Positions 40,793-51,255 of a DNA stretch of 64,000 bases are shown in pieces. The translations under genes and the position numbers were made by a program. The notes beneath the pieces were generated by a model. It made no database searches, was not told the DNA's origin, and worked only from the letters and a program-made list of their open reading frames with translations. The stretch spans positions 127,038,001 to 127,102,000 of the forward strand of contig OX597814.1 of assembly GCA_951406725.2 (NCBI GenBank), in the 5' to 3' direction. The DNA comes from Octopus vulgaris. Its lineage: Eukaryota. Numbering within the stretch: the stretch's first letter is position 1; each line of letters begins with the position of its first letter.

Positions 40793-40832
<40 letters not shown>

Positions 40833-40839
<7 letters not shown>

Positions 40840-41126
40840 ATCATTTGACCGACCAGACCATCAGATGTTGTTACACATCGCTGGTCACAATGCGTTCGCA
40901 TTGTTTTAGCCTTCGAATGACGCCACCCTGCTGGCTAAGCGAGCAGGCCAACAGAAGAAAGAGCGGGAGAAAGAGTACAGTAGGGATCACCACCCCTAGC
41001 CGGAGCCACTTGGAGCTTTTAGGTGTTTTCGCTCAATAAACACTCACAACGCCTGGTCTGGGAATTGAAACCGCGATCCTGCGACCGCGAGTCCGCTGCC
41101 CTAACCATTAGGCAATTGCGCCTCCA
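40833..41126 (-). mobile_element. tRNA(Arg)-like derived SINE
   Basis: Minus strand starts 'ggaggcgcaattgcctaatggttagggcagcggactcgcggtcgcaggatcgcggtttcaattccc' (A and B boxes, TCG anticodon-like loop); flanked by (TA)n. Confidence 0.75.
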
Positions 41127-41139
41127 TATATATATATCA

Positions 41140-41342
41140 CACCGGGCGAAATGCTTAGCCGTATTTCGTCTGCTGTTATGTTCTAAGTTCAAATTCCGCC
41201 AATGTTGACTTTGCCTTTCATCCGTTCAGGGTCGATAAATTAAGTACCAGTTACACACTGGAGTCAGTGTAATCGACTTCATCCGTTTGTCTGTCCTTGT
41301 TTGTCCTCTCTATGTTTAGCCCCTTGGGGGTAATAAAGAAAC
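41140..41342 (+). mobile_element. tRNA-derived SINE with Meta-domain-like core
   Basis: B-box 'gttcaaattcc' followed by 'gactttgcctttcatccgttcagggtcgataaattaagtaccag'; the domain name is a recalled similarity. Confidence 0.65.
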
Positions 41343-41396
41343 ATATATATATATATATACATACATACATGTATACATATATATATATATACATAC

Positions 41397-41780
41397 CCGA
41401 AGACCTGTTGAGGCAAGTGAAATTGAAATCGATCAAAAAATCAATGGAAATTGTAGTTGTGATACCAGTGGTAGCGGCATGTAAAAAACACCATCCGAAT
41501 GTGGCCGTTGCCAGCGTCGCCTTGACTGGCTTCCGTGCTGGTGGCACGTAAAAAGCACCAACCGATCGTGGCCATTGCTAGCCTCACCTGGCCTCATGCC
41601 GGTGGCACGTAAAAAGAACCCACTACACTCACAGAGTGGTTGGCGTCAGGAAAGGCACCCAGCTGTAGAAACACTGCCAGATCAGACTGGAGCCTGGTGC
41701 AGCCTCCTGGCTTCCCAGACCCCGGTTGAACTGTCCAACCCATGCTAGCATGGAAAACGGATGTTAAAAGATGATGATGA
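41397..41780 (+). mobile_element. RTE 3' UTR (three modules plus tail)
   Basis: Repeated 'gtggcacgtaaaaag' modules and a (gat)n end. Confidence 0.88.
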
Positions 41781-43049
41781 TATATATACATACAAACATA
41801 TATATATATATACATGCATACATACAAACATATATATATACATATTTATACATATACACATATATATATACAGCATCATCATCGTTTAATGTCCACTCTT
41901 CATGCTGGCATGGGTTGGACGGTTTGACTGGTGACTAACAAAATTTGTTAGTCTCACATTATACTTTGTTCTTAAGTTGATTATTTCGCTGGGGAGTGGA
42001 TTTCATTGCAGTAGATTGGTTAGTTTATGGTTCCGTTGGGCAATTAGAGTGGGGTGTATATCATTTTGGTGTGGAATCCCGAGTTTGATTAAGCACATCT
42101 TTTGCGCACGTGTGCACGGCGGTGTGAGAGGGGATAACCCTAACTTAAGGTGAAAAGGGAGCTAACTCAAACCAGTTTATTTACACGAGGTAGGGTGGTT
42201 TAAAATTATATAATGTCTAAAGTTTAGGAAGTTCGTAGTGATAAAAGGGGCCCTATGTAGGTGCAAAGTAAATTATTATGGAATGTGGAGGGGCGAGTGG
42301 GGTTGGGGGTGACTGTTTATGTGTAAGTGTTTAAGGTGGTTCCTAGCTAATTAGACTTATATAGCTGAATATGTTAGTATGAGACTTGTAAAGGGTCCTA
42401 CTATTTTACCGATACTTTGAAAAAACAGAGGCCTACATGAAGACAAAAAATTTGTTCTCAAATTTCCTATTGAGGAGGGGTTGTTTAGCTGTTAGGATAG
42501 CTAGGTGTTCTCATAAACAGAGATCACAGTGTCTATTGGCGGTGTTGCACGAGGTTGTTTTTGCGAGTATACGCCAGTTTAGTCTATAATCTAATTTTTT
42601 TATCCTTAAGTTCCCAAATATATGTACTGAGCCCTGTTGAGTTACCCTTACTCCTATTTCTGAAGCTCAATTAGACATTATATAATTTTAAACCACCCTA
42701 CCTCGTGTAAATAAGTGTTATATCTAAGAATCATTTAGTTCTTAGTGGCACCTATGTATGATTTTATCTGGCTAGTTTTGTGCACATCACATTGGTAAAC
42801 TACATTATTTGTCTTGCACCTATTTAAGAAATGTTCTATCCCTGCAGCCACATAAATTATTAGGTGTATCTGCGGTCGTGTTATATGCGGGGGGGGGGGG
42901 GGCTATTACTATTCAGGTCTATATCTAAGCTAGCAGGAGGCGTTACGTTAGTGGTGGGCTTAGTTCTATTAGTTGGTTGGTTTTTATTTTTATTGTTCAC
43001 AACCATTCTAGTTTCATAGAATTTGTCTAGTTTTTTTATTTATTGAGTT

Positions 43050-43300
43050 GGCATGTGTAAAAAGATTCGAGCAAGGTCATTGCCAGTACGGCCTGACTGG
43101 CCCCTGAGCAGGTGGCACGTAAAAAGCACCCACTACACTCTCGGAGTGGTTGGCGTTAGGAAGGGTATCCAGCTGTAGAAACTCTGCCAGATCAAGACTG
43201 GAGCCTGGTGTAGCCATCTGGTTGCCAGCCCTCAGTCAAAACCGTCCAACCCATGCTAGCATGGAAAACAGACGTTAAACGATGAAGATGATGATGATGA
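43050..43300 (+). mobile_element. RTE 3' tail inserted in the PLE
   Basis: Terminal module plus (gat)n. Confidence 0.88.
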
Positions 43301-44273
43301 GGCTATTATTGTAGCTAAGCTATTGGTCAGGCTGTGGCCTACTCTAATTAAATTCCTAAATAATTGTGCATATTTATCATTAACATTTAGGTGTTTATCT
43401 ATGATTTTCATTAATGAGCGAACTATGTTTGATTTGAAGTGCATGGTGTAGGGGATTACGAGCCAGATATTATCACCATTTTGTTTATTTTTTGTATTGT
43501 TTTTTCTAGTATAGAAGCTACCCTCCTTGTTTGTGAGTTGTGTGAAGTTATGGTTATGGCTATCTTGCTTATTTCCATAGTTAGGTTTCACTTTCCTATT
43601 ACTTTTGTCTGTTCTATTGGTGTTGTTTGCATAGGGTTTATGTGAACTAGATGGCCTGGTTTTCTTGTTATTAACAGGGTTCATAGTGGTTCATTGGGTC
43701 GCTTTAGTTTTATGTGTAGGTTTATATCATTTTTGTAGCTAATGTTATTTTTGGGCTTATTTGTGTACTTGGTGTTATTAGTTTTGTTAATATTGTTAAT
43801 CTTATTGATTATAACTTTATCGGTATTAGTGTTGTGGTTATTTTTGTTATAACCACAACACTAATACCGATTGGCATTCTTCATATTGGTGTTGTTTTTA
43901 TTGGGGTTACCCATACTGTTCTTATTGTTGGTGTAGTTTGTAGTGATGTATGGTGTGTGGTTGGTGTTAATGGTATTAGTGAGTGGGTTTCTGGTATTTG
44001 GGCTACTTGTATGGTGATTAGGGCCAAGGAATTTAATTTTTTGTTTCAATCCTGCTTTCCATAGTGTGGAATTATAAATTTCCTTATGCCTATTAAAGAT
44101 ATTTATGTTGGAAGAGAGGTGTGTTATTCTATTGCTAATGCTATATACTAAGCCTCTCTTAATAAAGTTTGGGTGGTTGCTAGAAGCGTTTATGTATTTG
44201 AGGTTTGCGTTGGGTTTTGTATAGGGTTCATGGAGTCCTGTGGCTAGATTGCAGTTTGCGTCTAAGTAGTTAA

Positions 44274-45736
44274 CCCTTTCGTTACTATATTTCTGACCAA
44301 AATACACCCCTCATGAGTTTCAATTAAATTCTAAAATAATCATGAATTTAGGCTTGTTTCATTAAATAACTGTAACTTTTTTACTTATCAACATTTTAAT
44401 GTGATATTTGGAACATAATTAAAGGAAGGGTTCTTAATCAATTCTATTGCATAACTTTTGACTCAAAGTGACTTTAATTACAGGTAAATCCAGGTAAATT
44501 GAGCAAAAGGTAAAAATATTAAAATTTTAAATTGAGCAAAAGGTAAAAAATAAAAATTTTGTTTAAACATCACTATAGAAAATGAATCATCAGCTAATAT
44601 TCAAATGGGTATGCAACAAAATTTTGATAAAGAAGAATTGTGCACATCAGTTGAATTTAATGCACAACAGGTGTACCATAAAGGTGGAATAAACTGAAAT
44701 ATTGGAATCCACCGTAAGTTTGACCGAACTAAAGAAATCGGTCAAAAAATAATATACGGCCCTGGTTATGGTATGGAAGTGATAAATTCCAGACCACATC
44801 GTTCCCTAGGCCATGCTGACTAATATTATTTTCCCTGTATAAAAACTAAATCCACGCAGTACCCAGTAATTTGCTTCACAAATTTCCCAAACTTTGAACC
44901 CCGATTTTGGGTTTGTTTACAATCTGCGTAAGTGCGTTTCCACATTGATCGCTTCAAACAATAACTTCCAGACCACATCGTACCCTAAGCCATGCTGACT
45001 AACATTAGTTTCCCTGTATAAAAACTAAATCCACAACAGTACCCAGTAATTTGCTTCACAAATTTCCCTAACTTTGAACCCCGATTTTGGGTTTGTTTAC
45101 AATCTGCGTAAGTTTGTTTCCACATTGATCGCTTCAAACTAGCATACTGAAAAAAATAAAAGTCTAATGGTTTCACTTCCTAAGAAAGGCTATAGATAAA
45201 CTTTATCTCCTCAGAAAAATTGCTAATAAAAACATTTAAAAAGTTTTTTTACTTCATTCCGATGTAAAATCGTCTTCGCTGTCGCCTTCGCCGCTTTGTT
45301 TCTTTGGAAGGCGCTGCTTTCATTTTCGGATAAAAAAATATTCATTATTTTGTACACCACGTGCTTTAGTACCTATTTCATTCTTTTTCTCGATATCTCC
45401 CTATTTTCCGTTGACAAAGCTTTAAATTCGGAATCAATGCTTGATAACATGAAACTCCTATCCATTTTCAAAGTTGAAGAAAAATCGATGCCGTAAAACA
45501 TGTGGAAAAAAATCTCCCAAAATTCACTGAGTTGAGATATCACTTCAAGCAATGTCGGATACTATAACTTAACTATTTACAATGTGAAATCACATGCTTT
45601 AACGAATGTACCAACGAGATTTGGGTTCAAATTTACATTTAAATAACAATGGGTTCTAACGGCCGGGTATGGCCGGGTTGGTACTTTGAACCAAAAAATT
45701 GTTCGGCCGGCTACGGCCGGGTTAGTAACGAAAGGG
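44274..45736. mobile_element. Non-autonomous piggyBac-like DNA transposon
   Basis: TIRs CCCTTTCGTTACTA / TAGTAACGAAAGGG; flanks TTAA (44270-44273) and TTTA (45737-45740); internal ~180-bp tandem duplication (44787-44959 / 44966-45139). Confidence 0.85.
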
Positions 45737-46181
45737 TTTAGAGGTGTGTTCCTTTTCAATAGAAATAGTCCAAATCTTTTGGAGAATTTGTGCAGTTTTT
45801 TCTTGAAAAGCTCTAGTTTCCTATTTGAGGGTTTCTTTATTATGAAGAGGGTGTCATCCCTGTATAATCCACCTTTGAGTTCAGGGAATTCTTCCTGTAT
45901 GTATGATAGCAAACAGATGCCTACCAGCTCAGTTACCTGTGCTGAATCTACGCAAAAAATGTTCTTAGTCAAACACCGAAATAATATACAACCGCTCTAA
46001 TTGCCCAATGGAACCATAAACTAACCAATCTACTGCAATGAAATCCACTACCTAGCGAAATAATCAACTAATAAGAACAAAATATAATGTAAGACTAACA
46101 AATTTTGACTCTATTACCATTACCATTACCAATGTATCAATTTATTTTTCGCATTCTGACTGATGTATCAATCTATTTTTT

Positions 46182-46232
46182 GCATTCTGAAGATATTTAC
46201 TAAAACTAGGAAATTGAAACGATCATAAATGC
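46182..46232 (+). ncRNA. Type I hammerhead motif in the inverted pLTR (partly degenerate)
   Basis: GCAUU-CUGAAGA-[stem II]-GAAAC-GAUC-AUA-AAUGC; palindromic loop 3; the expected G opposite C15.2 is A. Confidence 0.65.
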
Positions 46233-46346
46233 TACCTTCTTCTTTGTTAATTAATTAAATTAAAAACATACCAGTGAAAACGACGAGTTTCTCCTTGTTA
46301 TTTATATCCATTTTCTTCTCGTACATAAATACATACATACATATAT

Positions 46347-46377
<31 letters not shown>

Positions 46378-46614
46378 CATACATACATATGCTAATATAT
46401 ACACACAGCATTTTTTTCACTTATTCTTATTTATTTGTTTATTTTTATTTATCTATTTATTTACTTGTTTATTTGCATATTTCATTGGTTCATTTTGATT
46501 ACTTATACATACGATTGTAATCAATTAGTAAATATAGATGAATGCCTACAAGCTGATGTTTGTCAATAAATTATCCTCTCCATCTTCTTATGTGGACTAT
46601 ACACACACACACAC

Positions 46615-46648
<34 letters not shown>

Positions 46649-46686
46649 TGTTATTTTCCTCTTTAATCCCTATCATTTCTCACACC

Positions 46687-46734
46687 ATCTCCGATGAAGG
46701 AATATCCATAATATCCCAGAAACAGCTGTAAGAC
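46687..46734 (+). ncRNA. Minimal type I hammerhead (core CCGAUGA)
   Basis: aUCU-CCGAUGA-aGGaAUAU ccaua AUAUcCC a-GAAAC-AGCU-GUA-AGAc. Confidence 0.7.
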
Positions 46735-47330
46735 TATTTCATTATAAATGTCCTGAAAACTCCCCACAGCCTTGGATTTGTTATCTCATTCAGTCTAATA
46801 TATATATATGCATGTTAATACAAGACTCATATTATTGAACCAAGAGTTTAACGACGGTCTATCCACAGCATTTACTTAGCGTTACCCGACACTCTTTGGG
46901 CCTTCTAGACATTAATACCTCTCATACCCTCGGTTCCTCTCTAATACAAGCCCTTATTTCAGGTAATGCTTCCATAATGGATAAGTAATTCCTTGGCATT
47001 TCTCTTAAGGACATACCTGTTCCTTCACAAAAGGCTTTCCTCTTAGTCTACCTCACTAAAACTAAGGACCTCATCTGAAGAGTATGATGGAAAGCTTTCT
47101 TCTACAACAATCAAAAATACCAAAGCAATAATAACACCAACACATGCAACCTCAAATATAAATGTGAACTGGTATTGGAACTTACACGCCATGTACAGGA
47201 AACTTCTATACACCATTTTCCTTGAATAATGGAACTGTAACTACAATATCTTATTTCTACTTTCATTTTCTTATTCCCCTCTATATTCCCTATCTTTTCC
47301 ACAATAATTCGAACTCAAATATTTTCTCAC

Positions 47331-47378
47331 ATCTCTGATGAAGGGATATCCATGATATCCCAGAAACAGCTGTTAAAC
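47331..47378 (+). ncRNA. Minimal type I hammerhead
   Basis: CUGAUGA-a-GGGAUAUC cau GAUAUCCC-a-GAAAC-AGCU-GUU; stem I is weakened. Confidence 0.72.
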
Positions 47379-47441
47379 TATTTCATTATAAATGTCCTGA
47401 AAACTCCTCACAGCCCTGGATTTGTTATCTCATTCTGTCTA

Positions 47442-47481
<40 letters not shown>

Positions 47482-47627
47482 ATACACACACACAAATACA
47501 TATATATATATATACACATACATGTATACACACAAATACATATATATATATATATATATATATAAATTGACAGAATGAGATAAAAAAAAACAAGGCAGTA
47601 AATAGATTTCATAAAATTTAAGAAACG

Positions 47628-47675
47628 GTCTAACAGCTGTTTCTGAGATATTTTATATATCCCTTCATCAGAGAC
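47628..47675 (-). ncRNA. Minimal type I hammerhead (best preserved copy)
   Basis: Minus strand reads GUCU-CUGAUGA-a-GGGAUAU auaaa AUAUCUC-a-GAAAC-AGCU-GUU-AGAC. Confidence 0.8.
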
Positions 47676-47890
47676 AGTGTGAGAAAATGTTTGAGTATTA
47701 ATTATTGTAGAGAAGACATGAAATACAGAGTGAAGTAAGAGAATGAATATAGAAGTGAGATAAATAAAGATATTTTATTTGCAGTTCCACAATATCCTTA
47801 TTTAATCTCACTTCTATATTCATTCTCTTACTTCCCTCTGTATTTCATATCTTCTCTACAATAATTAATACTCAAACATTTTCTTGTACC

Positions 47891-47938
47891 GCCTCTGATG
47901 AAGGGATATACAAAATATCCGAGAAACAGCTGTAAGAC
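47891..47938 (+). ncRNA. Minimal type I hammerhead
   Basis: GcCU-CUGAUGA-ag-GGAUAU acaaa AUAUCC-ga-GAAAC-AGCU-GUA-AGaC. Confidence 0.75.
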
Positions 47939-48162
47939 CTTTTCTTGATGATATGAAATCTATTTACTGCCTTGGTTTTTGTTTTTATTTCATTTTGTCA
48001 ATTTATATACATGCATGCTAATACATGACCCATGTTGGACTTCTCACTTGTATCATTATTGAGCCTGGAGCTTAACCATGGTCTATCTATAGCACTTACT
48101 TAGCGTTTACCCAATCCATTTTGGTCTTCCTGACACCAATACCTTTCACACACACATACATA

Positions 48163-48378
48163 CATGGCTGTGGAGTTGAAGCAAAATACTTTGACTCCTC
48201 TTTATGTAATTAAGTGATTGTGGTCTACATATCTCAAAGCATACACTTGTACTTTGAGTAGGCCTATATGTTATAACTAGTTTATATTAAAGAATAAAGT
48301 TATTTTGAGTCGGAGCCAGTATATTTTACTGACTGTGACTCCAGTTACCCCTTAATTGTTTCCGGCTCTGCAGCCCTG
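48163..48378. mobile_element. Probable hAT-type MITE
   Basis: Imperfect TIRs catggctgtggagttga / tccggctctgcagccctg; TSD is weak. Confidence 0.5.
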
Positions 48379-48889
48379 CGTATACACACACACACACACA
48401 TATATATACATTGGTCTGTTCATTTTATGTAAGTTTTTCCAGGCTAGCATATGTAAGACAAATACATATCATTGAGGTGTTATTTTAAAACTAGATGCCC
48501 TTCCTGCCACTAACCCTTAGCTGTTTATCAAGTAAAAGAGTGTTCATTCCACTTGGTTTTGACTGCAGGCTACCAGACAAATTGTTAGTAATGTCAGTGT
48601 TGGCATCCATAACTCAGTGATCATACACACACACACAAAACAGTCTATAATAACATTACTATTACCACTTTATCAAAAGAATATTTCTTGTTTATGTAAT
48701 ATTCATTTATTCACAATATCTCCTCATCCCCTCCCTCTGTATATATCTATCAGTCATTCACCCCTTTGTTTTTCTGTTCTAATGTGTCTTATACTGGAAG
48801 GATTTTTGGCTGGATGCTTTTCCTGATGGCAACTCAATTGTTGTTTTTCAAGTAATGGACTTTTATATTCTACAAGATCTAGTCAACAG

Positions 48890-49400
48890 TTTGTTCCCAT
48901 GGTGACCTAATTAACAGTGGAGATAGCACAGTCGCCAGAGTGAGAACAGATTGGAAAAAGCTCAGGGAGCTATTACTTCTGCTGGCAACAAAATGCCTCT
49001 CCCTCAGTTTGAAGGGCAGATTGTATGAAGCTTGAGGGCAAAGTCCAATGTTACATGAATTTGTAAATCAAAGGATTTGCAAAGATTAGATGACAAAAGC
49101 ATACTTTGCTGGATGTGTAATGTTAGTGTACATTAATAATGAAGTACAGAGGACTTGAGAAAAAAGCTTTGTATAAAAGGAATCAGATATAGTATGTAAG
49201 AGAGAAAACTGTGCATGTGCATGTGATACTTAAGATGACAGCCAAGCACTCAAAATGGATGGTGCCTGTGAAAGAAGATCTAGAAAGACATGGAACACAG
49301 TTGTGAAAACTGATCTCAAGATGCTGAACCTCACAAAAGAGAGGACAAGGGAATGCAACAATTAGTGACATCCAATTCTAGGGAAAACCTCCATTCTTGT
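48890..49400 (+). mobile_element. Decayed RTE C-terminal fragment
   Basis: ARVRTDWKKLRELLLLL..LSLKGRLYEA. Confidence 0.65.
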
Positions 49401-49879
49401 GTAAGTATGGCAGAAGCTATTACACTAACTTCTCTCAACACCATGCCTAATGCCATCACTCTCTTTCCTATTTTTCCCTCTCATTTGTAGGGGCTCTTTG
49501 GTCTTGTGATACTTCTATGCAATGTGAAATTGCAGTGATGTTAAGTGATGGGAACATAAATAAGTCAACACCAGTTGTCAAACACTAACATGCACACTCA
49601 TATAATATATATATATATATATAGGGGAAGAATTCATAAAAAACACAAAACACAAAGACAGGTGGTGTAGACAACAAACAGATGTCAGGAAGTGAAAAAG
49701 TCTTTAACGTTTTGAGCCTACGCTTTTCCACAGAAAGGAACACAGAAAGAAACAAGGAGAAAAAGAATGTGTAGTGGCTAGCGATCTATCATGGTAAATC
49801 ATGCCACAATGTCACCTGTATGTATATATATATGTAAATAATAATTTAATAAATTTTAAAGTGAAGATACAAAACTCAC

Positions 49880-50143
49880 ATGTTATTTTTCCATATTTTC
49901 CAAATTTCTCTCTTAGTACAGAGCTATGCAAATTAGGTGGTAAATTCCCAACATATATGCGTGTTCCTCGATATCCAGGCCTTCCAAAGTTCATCACACC
50001 TCTGTCTGAATTGTTGCCATCATTTGGTCGACGGCCTCGGTTTTCCATTGGGAAATTACGTTTTATATTATTTGGGCCTTTGTTATCTTTATCATGAGAA
50101 GGGCCACGATTATCAGTGAGATTACTCATTGCATATGCAACAC
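49880..50143 (-). CDS. Host gene exon: low-complexity N/R/G segment plus the start of an RRM (SR-protein-like RNP2)
   Basis: TRIYVGNLPPNLHSSVLREKFGKYGKIT; acceptor ttgcAG at 50145-50144 and donor GTgag at 49879-49878; 264 bp, phase 1-1, open frame; ATG at 50129. Confidence 0.75.
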
Positions 50144-51040
50144 CTGCAACAAATAAATAACAATCATAATAATAACAATGATTTACAGGTTATTTAAATA
50201 TCTTCTTAAAATCAAATACAATTTTAAACAATGGCCATCAACCTCACCTCAACTTTTGATGATCACACACTACATCGCTTGTAGCCCCATCTCTAACCAT
50301 TTGTCACTCTCCTCTCAAACTCTTATGAAATTGTCCATAATTTCCTTCCTTCTTGATTCACTGTCTATATTCTCCCTTACACTCACATTCTTGTACCATG
50401 ACAGTATACTCTGACACACCATCATCTTTATCTCCATTCCAGATACTCTCACCCACCCTCACATAATGCAAGGTAGTCACATATTATTTACAAAGCCAGA
50501 CACCTGTGCTTATCACTATTATACTTTAACCCTTGCACCTGGCATAAATTACCTCTTGCTCTCTCAAATACTCATTCACTCAGTTGAGGAGGCTTTTTGC
50601 TTCTCATAATCTGGCAAGTTACTTGGTGACCTCATTAGTGCTAGTGTCACAAGAAAAAAAAAAAGAAAGAAAAAGGCACCTAGCACATTTTGTAAAGTGG
50701 TTGGTGTTAGGAAGAGCTTTCAGCTGTAGAAATCACAACAAAGCTGACATTGGGACTTGATACAGCATTGTGCCTCTTTAGATCCTATCAAACTGTTCAA
50801 CCAGGAAAATGGGCATTAACTGATAATCTTAATGGTACTTGGTAAATAATGTAGACTTTGTTAATAAATGCTGATAAAGAATGTAAGAGGCATGTTAATG
50901 TACATACATGGCTATTTATTAATTGGGGAACATTTTGTGAGAAGAGCTGCTTATTCATAAAAACCGTTGAGTCCCTTCACTGTCTTTTAGTATCATGTCA
51001 GTGATACTTTTTAATTTGATTCTAGCAATGTTCCCTTTAA

Positions 51041-51255
51041 AACCTTTTGTTATCATATTTCTGTTGAAATACACTGCCTTTGTTTTAATTTTAAAAATGA
51101 TGAATTTAGTAAAATAACTTAGTCATTATAAAGCTGGTGCTTGGAAAAAAAATTAACATGAAATCTTGAAGGAAGGTTTTAATTTAGATGACTTTAAACA
51201 AGAAGTTAGTATCACAGAACCAGGGCCGATCTCAAGCAGGATTGTACACAAAGGA
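51041..51255. mobile_element. Decayed piggyBac-like MITE
   Basis: TTAA on both sides; ends 'aaccttttgttatc' / 'tacacaaagga'; interior similar to 55315-55535. Confidence 0.55.

Larger units (their letters stand above)
41940..46270 (-). mobile_element. Second Penelope-like family, decayed, with inverted pLTR; interrupted by an RTE tail and a piggyBac-like element
   Basis: DSAQVTELVG..GLYRDD (45577..45972), NYLD..PYTKPN..SNHP (43861..44307), IWLVIPY (43256..43684); GIY-YIG remnants LSTYIWELK and CDLCL at 42480-42760; 45973-46106 is the reverse complement of 41940-42072. Confidence 0.82.
47561..48009. repeat. ~450-bp fold-back palindrome with one hammerhead per arm
   Basis: 47561-~47775 is the reverse complement of ~47791-48009. 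Confidence 0.9.

Noticed and set aside
41055-41126. tRNA-Arg gene
   Set aside because: It continues into a SINE body, and the cloverleaf is imperfect.
42511-42513. In-frame TGA in the PLE GIY-YIG region as selenocysteine
   Set aside because: It is not at a Cys position (CDLCL*E), the copy is frameshifted, and no SECIS was seen. The intact PLE ORF has no in-frame TGA.
47082-47110. Additional hammerhead (ctgaaga...gaaagc)
   Set aside because: Stems I and II do not pair convincingly.
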